A program made the position numbers and the translations under genes. Below the pieces are notes generated by a model that saw nothing but the letters and a program-made list of their open reading frames with translations, had not been told where the DNA came from and did no database searches. From a virus (Duplodnaviria > Caudoviricetes), in the IMG/VR virus record IMGVR_UViG_3300027956_000028, positions 1 through 35,192 of that record: DNA of 35,192 nucleotides. One strand, given 5' to 3'. Of the stretch, positions 9,033-19,545 are shown in pieces (within the stretch, counting starts at the first letter, position 1; every line of letters begins with the position of its first letter).

Positions 9033-10265
9033 TTATGCCTGCCCGGCGTCGCGGCTGATCGCCACTTCGCGGCGGTAGAGGCGGGTTTCGATAATCCGGG
9101 AGTAGTTCCCGTAATACTTCCAGCCCAGTTCGACAAACTGCTTCAGGTGCCCCTCGGGGTTCGGTCCAACAATGGTCCCATATTCCCCAACGTAGTCACC
9201 CAGGTTTGTCTCCATGTCCTGCGCGTAGACTTTCGCCAGGCTTTGAGGTCCGCCGAAAGTCACAGGGCAAACGCTGTTGGCGTTGCGAACAGCGGAGGCT
9301 GTCGCGTGGGCATACTTCACCCCGCCGTTCGAGCCTTCGCCGGCGATGGAGATCGTGGTCCCAGAGATGGCAGTGACTACCACGCGCTCATTGGTCGCGT
9401 AGTGGGTGCCTGCGGTTTCCTCGGTCCCGATCGTGAGCCAGCCGCCTACCACCATGCCGGTGGCATCCGCCACAACAATGGATTCGGCGAGTTCAACCAC
9501 CGCGCCGTTGAGGGTGGTCGCGATGGTGGCTGTGGTGTTGTCCGCGCCGGCGCCCCAGAACATCTTCGCCCACGGGCTGACGTTCAGCTTGAAGCGGTCC
9601 AGTTCGCCGATTTCGTTCTTGAAGAGGATGTTGGCTTTCTGGTACTCCGCCACGGCGACGATCTTGGTATCGTTCAGGAGATCAGCCAGGGCGTAGGGAT
9701 GGAAAGTGGCTAGCCACATGGAGCGATCGGCGTCCACAAAGGACGGGACTTTCAGGGTCTGCATATCCGCCCCGGCGTCGATGAAGTTCGAGAGGGCGAG
9801 CAGGTGGGTCGAGGTCCCGCCGGCCAGCGAGGCGCGTGCTACTTTGCGCTGCACAAGAGCGCCCTGCGTCGCCTGGTCGCGGGCTATGAGATCCACCGAT
9901 TCCATCATGTTCTGACCGATGGCATAGTAGGCTTCCGCGCCGTACTTGGTGTAGCTCTGCGTCATCAACTTTTCAGTGTAACGAAGCAGGTTCCAGCGTG
10001 ACGACCAGCCCATGGAAGCCTGCGCGTCCACAAGCGAGGTCGCCTGCACGTCGGAGTCTTCCGGAATTGCCGTGGTTGCGGGCGGCAGTTCGCTCAGGAA
10101 GTTGACATTGATCGTTGACCCCTTGACGTACTCCTTCGGAATTGCGCCGTTCTCGGCATATGCGTCGTACAGGCGGGGAGCCTGCGCGCCCCGGATGTAA
10201 TCCGGGATATATTGCTGACGAACAGCGTAGCTAAGGCTGCTGATCGTCTGAGTCGTGTCGGACAT
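9033..10265 (-). CDS. Major capsid protein (HK97 fold, N4-gp56-like) with an inserted domain
   Basis: Follows the scaffold gene with a strong AGGAGG RBS. Motifs include 'G.TIN...LSEL', 'HP....DL..D', 'NEIGELD.F' and C-terminal 'LGWKYYG'. Confidence 0.8.
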   Translation of the reverse strand: MSDTTQTISSLSYAVRQQYIPDYIRGAQAPRLYDAYAENGAIPKEYVKGSTINVNFLSELPPATTAIPEDSDVQATSLVDAQASMGWSSRWNLLRYTEKLMTQSYTKYGAEAYYAIGQNMMESVDLIARDQATQGALVQRKVARASLAGGTSTHLLALSNFIDAGADMQTLKVPSFVDADRSMWLATFHPYALADLLNDTKIVAVAEYQKANILFKNEIGELDRFKLNVSPWAKMFWGAGADNTTATIATTLNGAVVELAESIVVADATGMVVGGWLTIGTEETAGTHYATNERVVVTAISGTTISIAGEGSNGGVKYAHATASAVRNANSVCPVTFGGPQSLAKVYAQDMETNLGDYVGEYGTIVGPNPEGHLKQFVELGWKYYGNYSRIIETRLYRREVAISRDAGQA

Positions 10266-10282
10266 TTCGTCCTCCTAATTTT

Positions 10283-10954
10283 TTACTGTGCCCTCCCCGT
10301 TTGGAGTTGCTCGCGCAGCTTTTCGACTTCCTTCAGATTGCCTCTCGGGTTCTCGGCTGAGAGCTTGGCAATCCTGCTTGCGATCTTGTCCTTTTGCTCG
10401 GGCGTGAGCACCTTCGCCTGCTGATTCCCGCCTAAGATCGGCGGGTTGTCCTCGGGTCCGGGGGAGGGGGTGGTGGCTTTGGATATGGCGACCTTCATCA
10501 CGGTCACAAGATTGCCAGAGGCAACCGCAGCCGCGATATCCTTGTCGTTCACATCCAAATTCAATTGTTTCGCAATGTCCTGCACGTCCACCTGTCCCTG
10601 CCCGCGCGCTTCCGTGCCTTCGGGTTGCGTGGGAGACGTTCTGCCTTTTCGCTCGCTGAGGATCTCATCGAGTAAGAGGCGTTCCTCTATCTCCGACTGA
10701 GATTTTCCAGCTTTGGCGAGTTCGGTAATCCGTCCAATCTGCGCGGATAAGCCTTCGACTTTCTCTAAAACCCTGGCGTTCTCTTTGTTATTACCCTTCT
10801 GAACGCCTTTATAGAGTTTCTCCAGCTCATCAACACGCTTTTGCAAGGTGGCAACGTCTGCTGAAGGTTGGCTCTGAGGGGTGGAAGATTGGGGCTGGCC
10901 GCCTTTCTCTCCCGGCTCATCAGGGTTTCCATCCAAAACAGTTTCGTCGGTCAT
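10283..10954 (-). CDS. Capsid scaffolding protein
   Basis: Acidic, disordered N-terminus and coiled coil, immediately upstream of the capsid gene. AAGGA RBS before the ATG at 10954. Confidence 0.7.
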   Translation of the reverse strand: MTDETVLDGNPDEPGEKGGQPQSSTPQSQPSADVATLQKRVDELEKLYKGVQKGNNKENARVLEKVEGLSAQIGRITELAKAGKSQSEIEERLLLDEILSERKGRTSPTQPEGTEARGQGQVDVQDIAKQLNLDVNDKDIAAAVASGNLVTVMKVAISKATTPSPGPEDNPPILGGNQQAKVLTPEQKDKIASRIAKLSAENPRGNLKEVEKLREQLQTGRAQ

Positions 10955-10982
10955 CGCTATATTCCTTTCAAGGTACAAAATA

Positions 10983-11083
10983 GAAAAAAGCCAGACAGTG
11001 TTGTCACTGTCTGGCTTCATTCACTTGGCTCGGGCTTGGGTCGCCCTGTTGCAATATTACCACAAACCTCACGGCGCAAACAA
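10983..11083 (-). promoter_or_regulatory. Promoter and leader terminator for the scaffold/capsid operon
   Basis: TTGTTT-18 nt-TAATAT with a TG extension, then CAAGTGAAT, then hairpin AAGCCAGACAGTG-ACAA-CACTGTCTGGCTT and a T run. It may also terminate the upstream gene. Confidence 0.6.
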
Positions 11084-14000
11084 CGACTGTGCTTGTTGTG
11101 GCTTCTGCAGAGCCAGTCCAACCAATCGCAGGAAGCTCTCGGGGCTGTTTGTTCCGAGTTGCGTTCCATAGCGCGAAGCCAAATATTCGATCTGGCTCTC
11201 CGCGGCGGCTGGCAGCCTCGTAAGTTCGCCACTCCAATAACCAACCAGAATCTCCTCCATCGCCGGACTCATATCCTGCCCTGCGATCTGCTTGATCTCG
11301 TCCCATGACGGCGCCTGCTCCGGCTGCAAAGAGGCGATCAGCGCCTCCTGCTCCTGGCTCAGGTTCTCAATGTCGTCCCGCAGCGTCACATATTCACGCT
11401 CCGGCAGCATCCCAGCCACACGCACGAATTCCCGGTTGGCTTCCTCCGTCAATCGCTTCTTGTACTGAGTGGAGGCAGAAAGCCCCGGGTGAAGTTTGAA
11501 GAACATTTTGGCGTTTTTGGTCTGCCCCTGGATCTTCAAATCATAATATTCCTTCCAGAGCGTCGCGGTATCGCCGTACTTCTCTTTCACCGCCGCCCGC
11601 ACTTTGCCGTCGTAGTAATATTCGATGTTGTCTATCGACCCGAAATACTTGAACGCCTCCGGGTTTTGCATGAGCAGTTCCTGGCGGCGCGTCAAGGCGG
11701 CGTTGATCTCGGGGTGGGCATCCTTGAAGTCATAAGCCGCCTCCACGCTGGTATCTTTCAGGTCATAGTAGGCGTCCACCTTATCCCAGATGTCTGAGCC
11801 GAGTTCGTTTTCCACCTGCGAGTAGATGGCTTTATTGGTGTCGCGCGCTTCATTCCAGCCCTGCCGTGTGGCAAGGTCCGGCATCTTGAGCAACGCCCCC
11901 GCATCCAAAATATCCGCCATGAAGCGGCTCTTGTCCTGCTCGCTCCAGGTCGAGAAGTTGCCCTTGCTCTCGTAGAATTGGTCGATCAGGTGCTTGTCGG
12001 TGATGTACTGTCCGGGCGGAATGCGAGAGAGGACGTTATAGGCGTAGGCGCCGTCCCGGTCGTCCCCGCCGCGCTTACTGAGAAGGATCGCATCGGCAAA
12101 CTGGTACTCTTCTTTCAGGCGGTCGAAGGCATCCCGGTACGCCTCAGGGCTGACCTGCTCGCGCAGCGCCAGCAGTTTGTAATATTTGGTGTAGAACTCA
12201 TCCACCAGCATATCGCCCTCAGTCCGGTTCTTATAACCCACGCCCAGGAAGTAGCTGAACATCTGCCCGCCGGCGCGCTCCGTGATCGCGTTCTGCATCG
12301 CCTGATCATATAGATCGCCCTTGCGCTCCAAAAGCTGGTCGTAGGCTTTTTCCTTGATCGACGGGTCTTTCTCGATCATGCCTGCCAGCGCCCGCCCGAC
12401 CCGCTTTTCCTCATACGGGTCCACGCCGCTGCCAAACACATTCACGAACGGGTCGAATTCGCCGTACTTCGTGCCCGGCAGCCTCGAGATATTCGGCATC
12501 AGGTCCACGCCGGTCTTCTCCTCCAGCACATTCAAGCCGGCTTTTATCTTCTCGGTCTGGGGGATCAACCTCCCGATCCACCTCTGCCCGGCTTCGTCTT
12601 CGCCCTTGCGGTACAGGTTGGCAGCTACCAGCCACTGCAAAGGCGTGAAGGTGTTGAAGCCAAATTTACCCAGGTCGTCCAGGGTGGAGGAGATCCAGTC
12701 GCCGCGCCGGTAGGGGTCGTTGAAATCCGTGCCGGTCAGCCCGTAAAGGGGGTTGAGGGTCGCTTCCAAATTGAAATACATCGGGCTATCCTGCATCCCC
12801 AGCAGCTTCCCAATTGGCACATTGTAGCGGTAGTATTCCGGCATGTCGGCGTGCGCCTTGCCGGCTGCGTCCTTCCACTTCGCATACGCCGAAAGAGTCC
12901 CCGGCGTGTCCATGGCTCGCTCCAGCCAGCGCCCATACGTGCGCGATGGCCAGTAATGGTATTGCAGGAACATGCCGAAGAACTTGTCGGCATAGGTCTT
13001 GTTATAGTCGTGCAGGATGAAATTGCGGGTCTCGTCGGCGATCGCCATGGCGGAGGCTCTCACCGTCACCATGCGTTTGTCCATCTCTTTTGAGAAAGCC
13101 GCGATCCCCGTCTCGGCCTCGTCTCCCAGGTTCGACACCGGCACCGTCTCGCCCCACTTCTTCACGGTGGTCGTTACAAACTCGTTGATCGCATCCCGCG
13201 CCCCGCCATTGAGGTTTTCGTGTAGCTGTCGGGCGGTGGTGGGGGTGGTAGATCCCACGTGCGGGGGAATGGGCTTGAGCCGCGCCCTCAAAGCCTGCAC
13301 CGCCTCCTCGAAAGGCACATCGTCTATTGTCGCATAGGTATCCATTCCGCGCGCGGCGCGCTCCTTGTTCACAGCGTTGAAAAGGTGAGTTTTGCCGCCC
13401 TCGAAGTCCACACCGGTCAAGTCCATCTGCGTCAGCTTTGTGCCCGAGGGTGCGCCCTCCAGTGGCTTCAAGGCAGCAGGGGAGATGTATTCCTCCCAAT
13501 CCTTGATCTGTTTGCTCAGTTGCTCCAGTTGCGTCAGTTTCGGGTTGTCTGCCCCGCCGAAGTATTGCATCTTCACATCGTCCAGGGTTGTGCCCGAGAC
13601 GCGCGCCATCTCCTCTAAAATCTCGTCCTGCTTCAAGATAAACGACTGGTTGTAATTGCGCCAGAATTTCCCTTGCGTGTCCTTCACCCACTTCCACGCC
13701 ATCCGCTGGAAGGAACGCGTGTTCAACTGCGCCGGGTCCACGTCCGGGAAGGACTGCCGGAGCGAGACGCGCACCATATTGCCGTTCTCGTCCAGCACCG
13801 TCGCGCGCACGCTGTCCCATAGTTCGGCGGCGGGCTTGCCCTTGCGGCTCTGCTGGTAGGCTCCCTCGTAGAAGTCGGTCGCCAGGTCGCGCGCACCCCC
13901 CACCACTTCGTTGAAATCCGTGTTTGTTTTGGTAAATAGATCGTCGAAGTGACGGAGTTGTGATTCCGGCAGCATCCGCGAGAGTTGCATTTTTAGGCTC

Positions 14001-16648
14001 TGCGCCACGTTCTGGTACGAAAGCCGCATCTGGTCGTAGAGTTCCGTGAGCGCCTTGAACTGGCTAACTTCCTCGCGCCGCAATACGTTGTCGTTGGCGA
14101 TCGCCCGTTCGATCTGCACCACCGCCTCGCCCATCGGGTTCGTGTCACCCACCTGAGGCGGTTCGTCCGCCACGCGCCGCGCCAGGTCTTCCAACTGGTT
14201 CGAGAGTTTTTGCATCCTCTCCACGAACTCATCGGCGCTGCGGGAGGTCTTGCGGATCTCCTCCAGTTCGTCCAGCTTGTTCGTTTTCCTCAACCAGTCC
14301 TTGAAAGTCGGGTCCAGCGGCAACGAGCGGAAGACCTCGAACTGTCCGCTCTTTACTTCGTTCCTGAAAGTCTTGAGTGCGGCTTTGGTGTCGCCGTAGT
14401 TTTCGAGAACCAACTGCTTCAAGCGGTTGCCGTATTCGGTGGGCAGGTTCGGCACATCCGGGATCGAGCCATAGCGCAGCATCTTCTCGATCTCGGTCTC
14501 CACCACATTGCGCACGATGATCGCGCTCTGCACCTGCTCGATCCGTTGTCCGGTAGCCAGGGCTCCAAATCCGGTCTGCCCCGCCTGCCCGGTCCCTTTC
14601 AAGGCCGTGGTGGGCACCGCGCCGCCGAGCAGCTTTTCGAGCTTCCCGATCTCGCGCGCTTCGATGTTCTTTGCAATCGCATCGCCCGCCAGAGGCACCG
14701 CCGCAGCCAGCCCCGCCTCCAGCGCTTCACCCGCCGCTTTGCCTCCCAGGTCGTGCCAGATCGTGAAGGTGTTGTTTTGCAGGTTGCGCAGGGCATAAGC
14801 CGGGGAGAGCCCCATATAGGTATTGGCGAAGAAAGACTGGAAGCCGCGGTAGACCTTATTCTCTGCCAGCGCCTCGTAGGTTTTGGTGGAGCGTTTCACC
14901 CAAGCGGGTAGCTTGCGGTATTGTTCGGCAAGCGCCAACTTGCGGGTGTAGTCGCCTTTCTTGATCTCGTCTCCCAGGTCTAAATTCTTCCCCAACGCCT
15001 TGATCTCGTCGGCGGCCTTGCGCATATCTCCTACAGACGGGAAGGCTTCATCCACCACTTTAAACAGTTTCTCTTCCACCACCTTCGCCAGTTCAGGCAG
15101 GTTGTCGCCATACTTCTCCACCAGCGCCCCGATCTGCACTTCATCGTCCAGCCGGGAAAGGTAGCCAAGCGACCTCATCCCGCCCTCCGAGAAGGGCAGG
15201 TTGCCATACTGCTTCAAAACAGACACCGCCTCCGCCACAAGCTGCGGGTTGCTTGATGTAATATTCTTTGCGGCCTTCACAAACTCGCCCACATCGTCCC
15301 CATCCCGGAAGGTGGAGGCAACCGCCCGGAAGGCAGTCCCAACCGTTTTCCTCATCACATCGGCCTTCGCCGAAGCGTCTCCCGCAAAGAAGCCGTAGTC
15401 ACTCGCCATCTTCTTCGCCGTCCGCCCCACGCTCTCGACGGAAGCTCTCAGCGCCCGCAGCGCAGCCGAGTCGTCCGCGGCCGTCGCCAGGGTTTGCAGG
15501 GTGCGCTCCAGTTCGGGCGTGGCAATTTTGGTAAAGAGGTCGGCGCTGGAGGCAAGCCGAGCCTTGCCGATATTCTTCAAGTGGAAGATCTCAGAAAGCC
15601 CCGGCACGCGCGCCACTGTTTTCCAGGGCAGGTTGAATAACACCTTTTGCGTAAAGGGGATTCGGATGGCAGTCTTTGCCTTGCCGAAATTCCCGATCAC
15701 CCCCATGCCTAAATATGTTGTTGGGTCACCCAGGATCGAGCCGCCCAATTCCACCCAGGGGTTTTGCAACTCCAGTTCCAGAAGGTCCGGGTTCTCGCCC
15801 GCCTTCAGCCGCCTGAGGTATTCCTGTTTCTTGGCTTCGTCCCAGTACATGGTATAGACCATGTCGGAGCCTTTTTGGTAGTCCTTGATCGTTTTATAAC
15901 TATCGGCAAGGTTCTTGCCGCTGGTCATCACACGCAGGGCGTTATAACCCATTACAACCGGGTTGAGCCTGAGCAGCGCGTTCGCGATCCCGCCGAATTT
16001 GGTGGAGTCGTCGAAGGCGGTCACGTCCGGCAGGAGGGAGGACGAATCGCCAATGTCGTCCATAGCCGTCAAGCCTGCCTGTCCTTTACGCATCCCCTTA
16101 TCCACCAGCCCCAGCGCGTCCATCCCCACCGCGATCCCCTGCGAGCCGGCTTTGTAGAAATACTTGGCGCCCGCCTGAATAAACGATTTGGCTTCCTCGC
16201 CCTTCGTCTGCTCGAGGGGGTTGCCCTCCTCGTCCACTTCCATCCCAGTCATCCTCAGCGCCAGCGCGCTGCGCGCCACTTCTCTGGCTTTGACCCCAGT
16301 CCATTTGCCGAGCCACTTGTCCCAGCCGGTGATCTGGTTGAGCTGCGCGCCGCCTGACTTTGCGCCTTGCTCCAATAACTCCGCCTGTTTTTTGGAGGGC
16401 TTCGGCACGTAGAAATCCGGGTTGAAGATGTTGGCGTAGATCTTGCGGGCATAGCCCTGCAAGCCGGCGCCGTAGTAGGGTCGTTTGAAAGCATCCTCGC
16501 CGATCGCCAGGTAGGGCGGAGGCGGGTCGGTTTCTTCGGCTGCCTTCTGTCCGGCGAGCTGTTCCTGCTCGCGCGAAGGCTTACCCTGCCGCAGGCCGCT
16601 CAGGCTTTTATTCGACATCAATCCGGCAAGGCGCGGGTCGGTGGGCAT
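11069..16648 (-). CDS. Large putative internal virion/DNA ejection protein (1859 aa)
   Basis: Very long, predominantly helical ORF in the head module with no enzyme motif recognised. Size and context fit podoviral ejection proteins. Confidence 0.6.
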   Translation of the reverse strand: MPTDPRLAGLMSNKSLSGLRQGKPSREQEQLAGQKAAEETDPPPPYLAIGEDAFKRPYYGAGLQGYARKIYANIFNPDFYVPKPSKKQAELLEQGAKSGGAQLNQITGWDKWLGKWTGVKAREVARSALALRMTGMEVDEEGNPLEQTKGEEAKSFIQAGAKYFYKAGSQGIAVGMDALGLVDKGMRKGQAGLTAMDDIGDSSSLLPDVTAFDDSTKFGGIANALLRLNPVVMGYNALRVMTSGKNLADSYKTIKDYQKGSDMVYTMYWDEAKKQEYLRRLKAGENPDLLELELQNPWVELGGSILGDPTTYLGMGVIGNFGKAKTAIRIPFTQKVLFNLPWKTVARVPGLSEIFHLKNIGKARLASSADLFTKIATPELERTLQTLATAADDSAALRALRASVESVGRTAKKMASDYGFFAGDASAKADVMRKTVGTAFRAVASTFRDGDDVGEFVKAAKNITSSNPQLVAEAVSVLKQYGNLPFSEGGMRSLGYLSRLDDEVQIGALVEKYGDNLPELAKVVEEKLFKVVDEAFPSVGDMRKAADEIKALGKNLDLGDEIKKGDYTRKLALAEQYRKLPAWVKRSTKTYEALAENKVYRGFQSFFANTYMGLSPAYALRNLQNNTFTIWHDLGGKAAGEALEAGLAAAVPLAGDAIAKNIEAREIGKLEKLLGGAVPTTALKGTGQAGQTGFGALATGQRIEQVQSAIIVRNVVETEIEKMLRYGSIPDVPNLPTEYGNRLKQLVLENYGDTKAALKTFRNEVKSGQFEVFRSLPLDPTFKDWLRKTNKLDELEEIRKTSRSADEFVERMQKLSNQLEDLARRVADEPPQVGDTNPMGEAVVQIERAIANDNVLRREEVSQFKALTELYDQMRLSYQNVAQSLKMQLSRMLPESQLRHFDDLFTKTNTDFNEVVGGARDLATDFYEGAYQQSRKGKPAAELWDSVRATVLDENGNMVRVSLRQSFPDVDPAQLNTRSFQRMAWKWVKDTQGKFWRNYNQSFILKQDEILEEMARVSGTTLDDVKMQYFGGADNPKLTQLEQLSKQIKDWEEYISPAALKPLEGAPSGTKLTQMDLTGVDFEGGKTHLFNAVNKERAARGMDTYATIDDVPFEEAVQALRARLKPIPPHVGSTTPTTARQLHENLNGGARDAINEFVTTTVKKWGETVPVSNLGDEAETGIAAFSKEMDKRMVTVRASAMAIADETRNFILHDYNKTYADKFFGMFLQYHYWPSRTYGRWLERAMDTPGTLSAYAKWKDAAGKAHADMPEYYRYNVPIGKLLGMQDSPMYFNLEATLNPLYGLTGTDFNDPYRRGDWISSTLDDLGKFGFNTFTPLQWLVAANLYRKGEDEAGQRWIGRLIPQTEKIKAGLNVLEEKTGVDLMPNISRLPGTKYGEFDPFVNVFGSGVDPYEEKRVGRALAGMIEKDPSIKEKAYDQLLERKGDLYDQAMQNAITERAGGQMFSYFLGVGYKNRTEGDMLVDEFYTKYYKLLALREQVSPEAYRDAFDRLKEEYQFADAILLSKRGGDDRDGAYAYNVLSRIPPGQYITDKHLIDQFYESKGNFSTWSEQDKSRFMADILDAGALLKMPDLATRQGWNEARDTNKAIYSQVENELGSDIWDKVDAYYDLKDTSVEAAYDFKDAHPEINAALTRRQELLMQNPEAFKYFGSIDNIEYYYDGKVRAAVKEKYGDTATLWKEYYDLKIQGQTKNAKMFFKLHPGLSASTQYKKRLTEEANREFVRVAGMLPEREYVTLRDDIENLSQEQEALIASLQPEQAPSWDEIKQIAGQDMSPAMEEILVGYWSGELTRLPAAAESQIEYLASRYGTQLGTNSPESFLRLVGLALQKPQQAQSLFAP

Positions 16649-17571
16649 TAGGATCCTAAAATAACGCTCAGGGTGGTGGTGGCGCTGTCGCCGCGCACCT
16701 GGGCGGCAAGTTCTGCGGCTTGCTGGGCAGCCAGGATCGCGGCATCTGCGGCTTGCTGGGCAGCGATCTGTTCGGCGCTCGGTGCATAAAGCTGTCGATC
16801 CCTTTCCCGGTTGCGGTAGCGCCGCTTGGCTTGCCTGTATTTGCTCTGTCCGGGCTGGGCGTAATACAGCCGCCCGTTCTTGTCAGAGAGCAGCAGGCGC
16901 TTGGAGCCATCCTTGAGGGTGATGTTCTGCCCCACAAAAGGCGCGGTCTTTTCGTCCACGTAATAATGTCCCGGCGTGCCCGCCAGTGGGTCGTTGGAGA
17001 ACGCTTCCGCCTGCGCGCCTCCCACCATTGCCTTCTGCACCAGCGCCGGGTCTGCGCCCTGCGAGATCAGGAAGTTGATCACGTTCTGGTTGAGGCCGGC
17101 CGGCAGGGTGCCGGTCGTCGCAAACTGGTTTAGGGCAGCGTCCGCGTTCAGAGCCTGCGCTCCGGCGCGCTGGGCGTAGTCGGTATAGGGGGTGTTCCCG
17201 GCAGGTTTGGCGGGTGTCTTGCCTGAAACCCTTGCAAGCCATTCGTTTGCCTGTGCGTTGGGAGTGACGGGCGGGGCAGCCGCGCGCCGAAGAGTAGCTG
17301 TGCCGCTGGCGCCGCCTGTCCCTGAGGCAAGGTTAGTCGGTCTCGGGATGACCGCTTGCTCAAACGAAGCCACCGCCCCCGGGTCTGTTCCGAGTGCAGA
17401 GGCCCCGGTCAGTGTGCCCGAGGGCACATTAATAAACTGTCCCTGGCTCAGGCTTTGAACGTATGGGTTTGCCGCTCTCAGCGCCTGGTAATCCACTCCC
17501 AGGTTGGCGGAGAGCGTCAGGAAGTCCTTGTCGTCCGCTGATACCTGATACGGTTTGTCGGGCATTTTCAC
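16648..17571 (-). CDS. Putative ejection protein with an N-terminal LysM-like domain
   Basis: 'LSANLGVDYQALRAANPYVQSLSQGQFINVP' resembles LysM. The remainder is Ala/Gln-rich. Confidence 0.55.
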   Translation of the reverse strand: MKMPDKPYQVSADDKDFLTLSANLGVDYQALRAANPYVQSLSQGQFINVPSGTLTGASALGTDPGAVASFEQAVIPRPTNLASGTGGASGTATLRRAAAPPVTPNAQANEWLARVSGKTPAKPAGNTPYTDYAQRAGAQALNADAALNQFATTGTLPAGLNQNVINFLISQGADPALVQKAMVGGAQAEAFSNDPLAGTPGHYYVDEKTAPFVGQNITLKDGSKRLLLSDKNGRLYYAQPGQSKYRQAKRRYRNRERDRQLYAPSAEQIAAQQAADAAILAAQQAAELAAQVRGDSATTTLSVILGS

Positions 17572-17650
17572 CTTCCAGTTCTTCGATCAATCCCCGAAGC
17601 CAGACCTCCGCTTCGAGTTCCATAAGAGCAAGCCATAGGTCGAGGTTCAT
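17429..17650 (-). CDS. Possible small protein overlapping the next gene
   Basis: Start is coupled to the portal stop (TAATG), but the 3' half overlaps 16648..17571. Confidence 0.3.
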   Translation of the reverse strand: MNLDLWLALMELEAEVWLRGLIEELEGENARQTVSGISGRQGLPDALRQPGSGLPGAESGKPIRSKPEPGTVY

Positions 17651-19545
17651 TATGCCGCCACATCCTCGCCGGTCCTGTCCATCCCGGTCATCTGCTCGCG
17701 CCCCATCCCCGGCGCGCCTTCCATCGGCGGCATCCCGCCTTCCGCCGGATTCATTCCACTCCCGCCCATCCCGCTAAATGGGGTAGGGGAGGGTTCGCCT
17801 CCCGGCGCGCCCTGTCCGGCTTGTGCGGCTTGCGCCTGCTCCATCTTTTGCTGTTCGAGGGCGGCGAGTTTCTGCTGCGTCGCCACCTGCACGTCTGCCT
17901 GCGCCTGAGCGTTGAACTTCGTGATCAGCGCGTTCACCTTGCCGTCCTTCAGCATCTCTTTGGCGCGCTTGTCCTTTTGCAGGGCGGCGTGCGACACGTT
18001 CATCATCTCCAGCGCCTCTTCCATGCTCATGCCCAGCCCCACCAGCTTCTCCACAATGTTCATCTGCTGCATCTTGTCGGTCGGGGTCTCCGGCGTGATC
18101 GTACACTTGATGAACGTCCGGTATAAGTCGTAGTCGTTCTCGCCGATCTGGATCTCCTCCCCCCTTGGAAGTTCCGTGTTCATCACCTTTGCCGGCTCCT
18201 CCCTCCAGGCCTGGATCGGGATTTTTGTGAACTTCGCCCACTCACAAAAAAGATAAACCTCATCTGCAATGGTGTCCTGGATGATGTTCTTCTGCGGGTT
18301 GAGTTTCCCCATCTCCACCTGCACAATGGCGTTCATGGTGGAAAAGGCAGTGTTGGAATATCGGCTCAGGTTCCCGATCGCGCTGGCTGAGGTCGTGCCC
18401 TGCAAAGACTGCTCAATGGCTCCCAGCACCTGGAAGGACTGCGGGTCCACAGTGGTCGGTTGCGGGCGCACCACATCCACGTTCGGCGGCAGGGCTTTTG
18501 CGCCGCCCGAGCCGTCGTCGGCGGGGGCCTGGTCCTGCGTGCCGGGTCCGCGGTAGAACTCGCGCGTCTCCCGCACCCGCCGGATGATGTCAGAAAACAC
18601 CAGCGAGCGCACCAGGACCGAATTTTGCCAGAGTTCATGCCAGTGAGCCGAGGCGAGCATCGGGTGGTATTTGTACTTCGGGTCCACTTCCACTTCGCTC
18701 GCGCCGCCTCGCACTGTGTAAGGCAGGAAGGGGATTTTGTTCTCGGTGTCCACGAAAATAAAATCGTCCGCTCCACCGCCGGCCTCGTCCACGGTCTCAT
18801 CGCCCGCCAAATGTCCATAGTCCAGGCGCTTGTCGTCGTCGGTGTACTGGTAGAGCATGAAGCGCAGTTCGGAATATTCCTCGTTCCCGGCTTCTTCCTT
18901 CACCGCCTGGATCGTTGCCTTGATCTTCCGTCCCTCCTTGTTGGTGCCGGCCAGCGATTCGTAGTAATCCAGCACCTCCGAAAGCGGCAGGTTGCGCGCC
19001 GAGAGAACACAGAACGCGCCGGAGGTGGATGAGATCTGAGTATGGATGTTGTGCGGCGGGATGACCGTGATCGGGAAGCGCCCGAGGCGGGCCGCGCGCT
19101 TGTTGGCTTTACTCCACTTGCTCTTGTCCTTCGGCAGCCAGAACATCAGGTCGTCCACCCGGGTCACACACAGGTCATAGCGCAGCGCCGAGTGCGAGAT
19201 ATCCCAGATCTTGCGAGACGGTCCGCGCATGTTGGCTTTCTCCCAATTCCACTGCAAGGCCTGCTCCATGCGGTTGGCAGACACAAACTCCGCCTCGGCA
19301 TCCCCCAGCGGGGTCACATCCAGCCGCATCCGCGAGTTCGCAAGCGCCACGGTGGCATTGTACAGGGCGTCGTGCGGGCTTGAGTCCTTGATCAGCCGCA
19401 CGTCGTCCAGGTCCTGCAACTGCGCCGGCAGGGCGATCTCTCCGTGGAACATCTTATCCACCTGGTAGAAGATGTCGTAGGAGTCAGAATCGTTCGCCAT
19501 CATCTCGGCGATCTTGCCGCGGTAGTATTCAAAGGTTCTTGGCAT
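17650..19545 (-). CDS. Portal protein
   Basis: 631 aa directly after TerL, with a Gln/Ala/Gly/Met/Pro-rich C-terminal tail typical of podoviral portals. Confidence 0.8.
   Translation of the reverse strand: MPRTFEYYRGKIAEMMANDSDSYDIFYQVDKMFHGEIALPAQLQDLDDVRLIKDSSPHDALYNATVALANSRMRLDVTPLGDAEAEFVSANRMEQALQWNWEKANMRGPSRKIWDISHSALRYDLCVTRVDDLMFWLPKDKSKWSKANKRAARLGRFPITVIPPHNIHTQISSTSGAFCVLSARNLPLSEVLDYYESLAGTNKEGRKIKATIQAVKEEAGNEEYSELRFMLYQYTDDDKRLDYGHLAGDETVDEAGGGADDFIFVDTENKIPFLPYTVRGGASEVEVDPKYKYHPMLASAHWHELWQNSVLVRSLVFSDIIRRVRETREFYRGPGTQDQAPADDGSGGAKALPPNVDVVRPQPTTVDPQSFQVLGAIEQSLQGTTSASAIGNLSRYSNTAFSTMNAIVQVEMGKLNPQKNIIQDTIADEVYLFCEWAKFTKIPIQAWREEPAKVMNTELPRGEEIQIGENDYDLYRTFIKCTITPETPTDKMQQMNIVEKLVGLGMSMEEALEMMNVSHAALQKDKRAKEMLKDGKVNALITKFNAQAQADVQVATQQKLAALEQQKMEQAQAAQAGQGAPGGEPSPTPFSGMGGSGMNPAEGGMPPMEGAPGMGREQMTGMDRTGEDVAA

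Noticed and set aside
16713-16764. Direct repeat CTGCGGCTTGCTGGGCAGC
   Set aside because: It is an in-frame AAQQAA peptide repeat.
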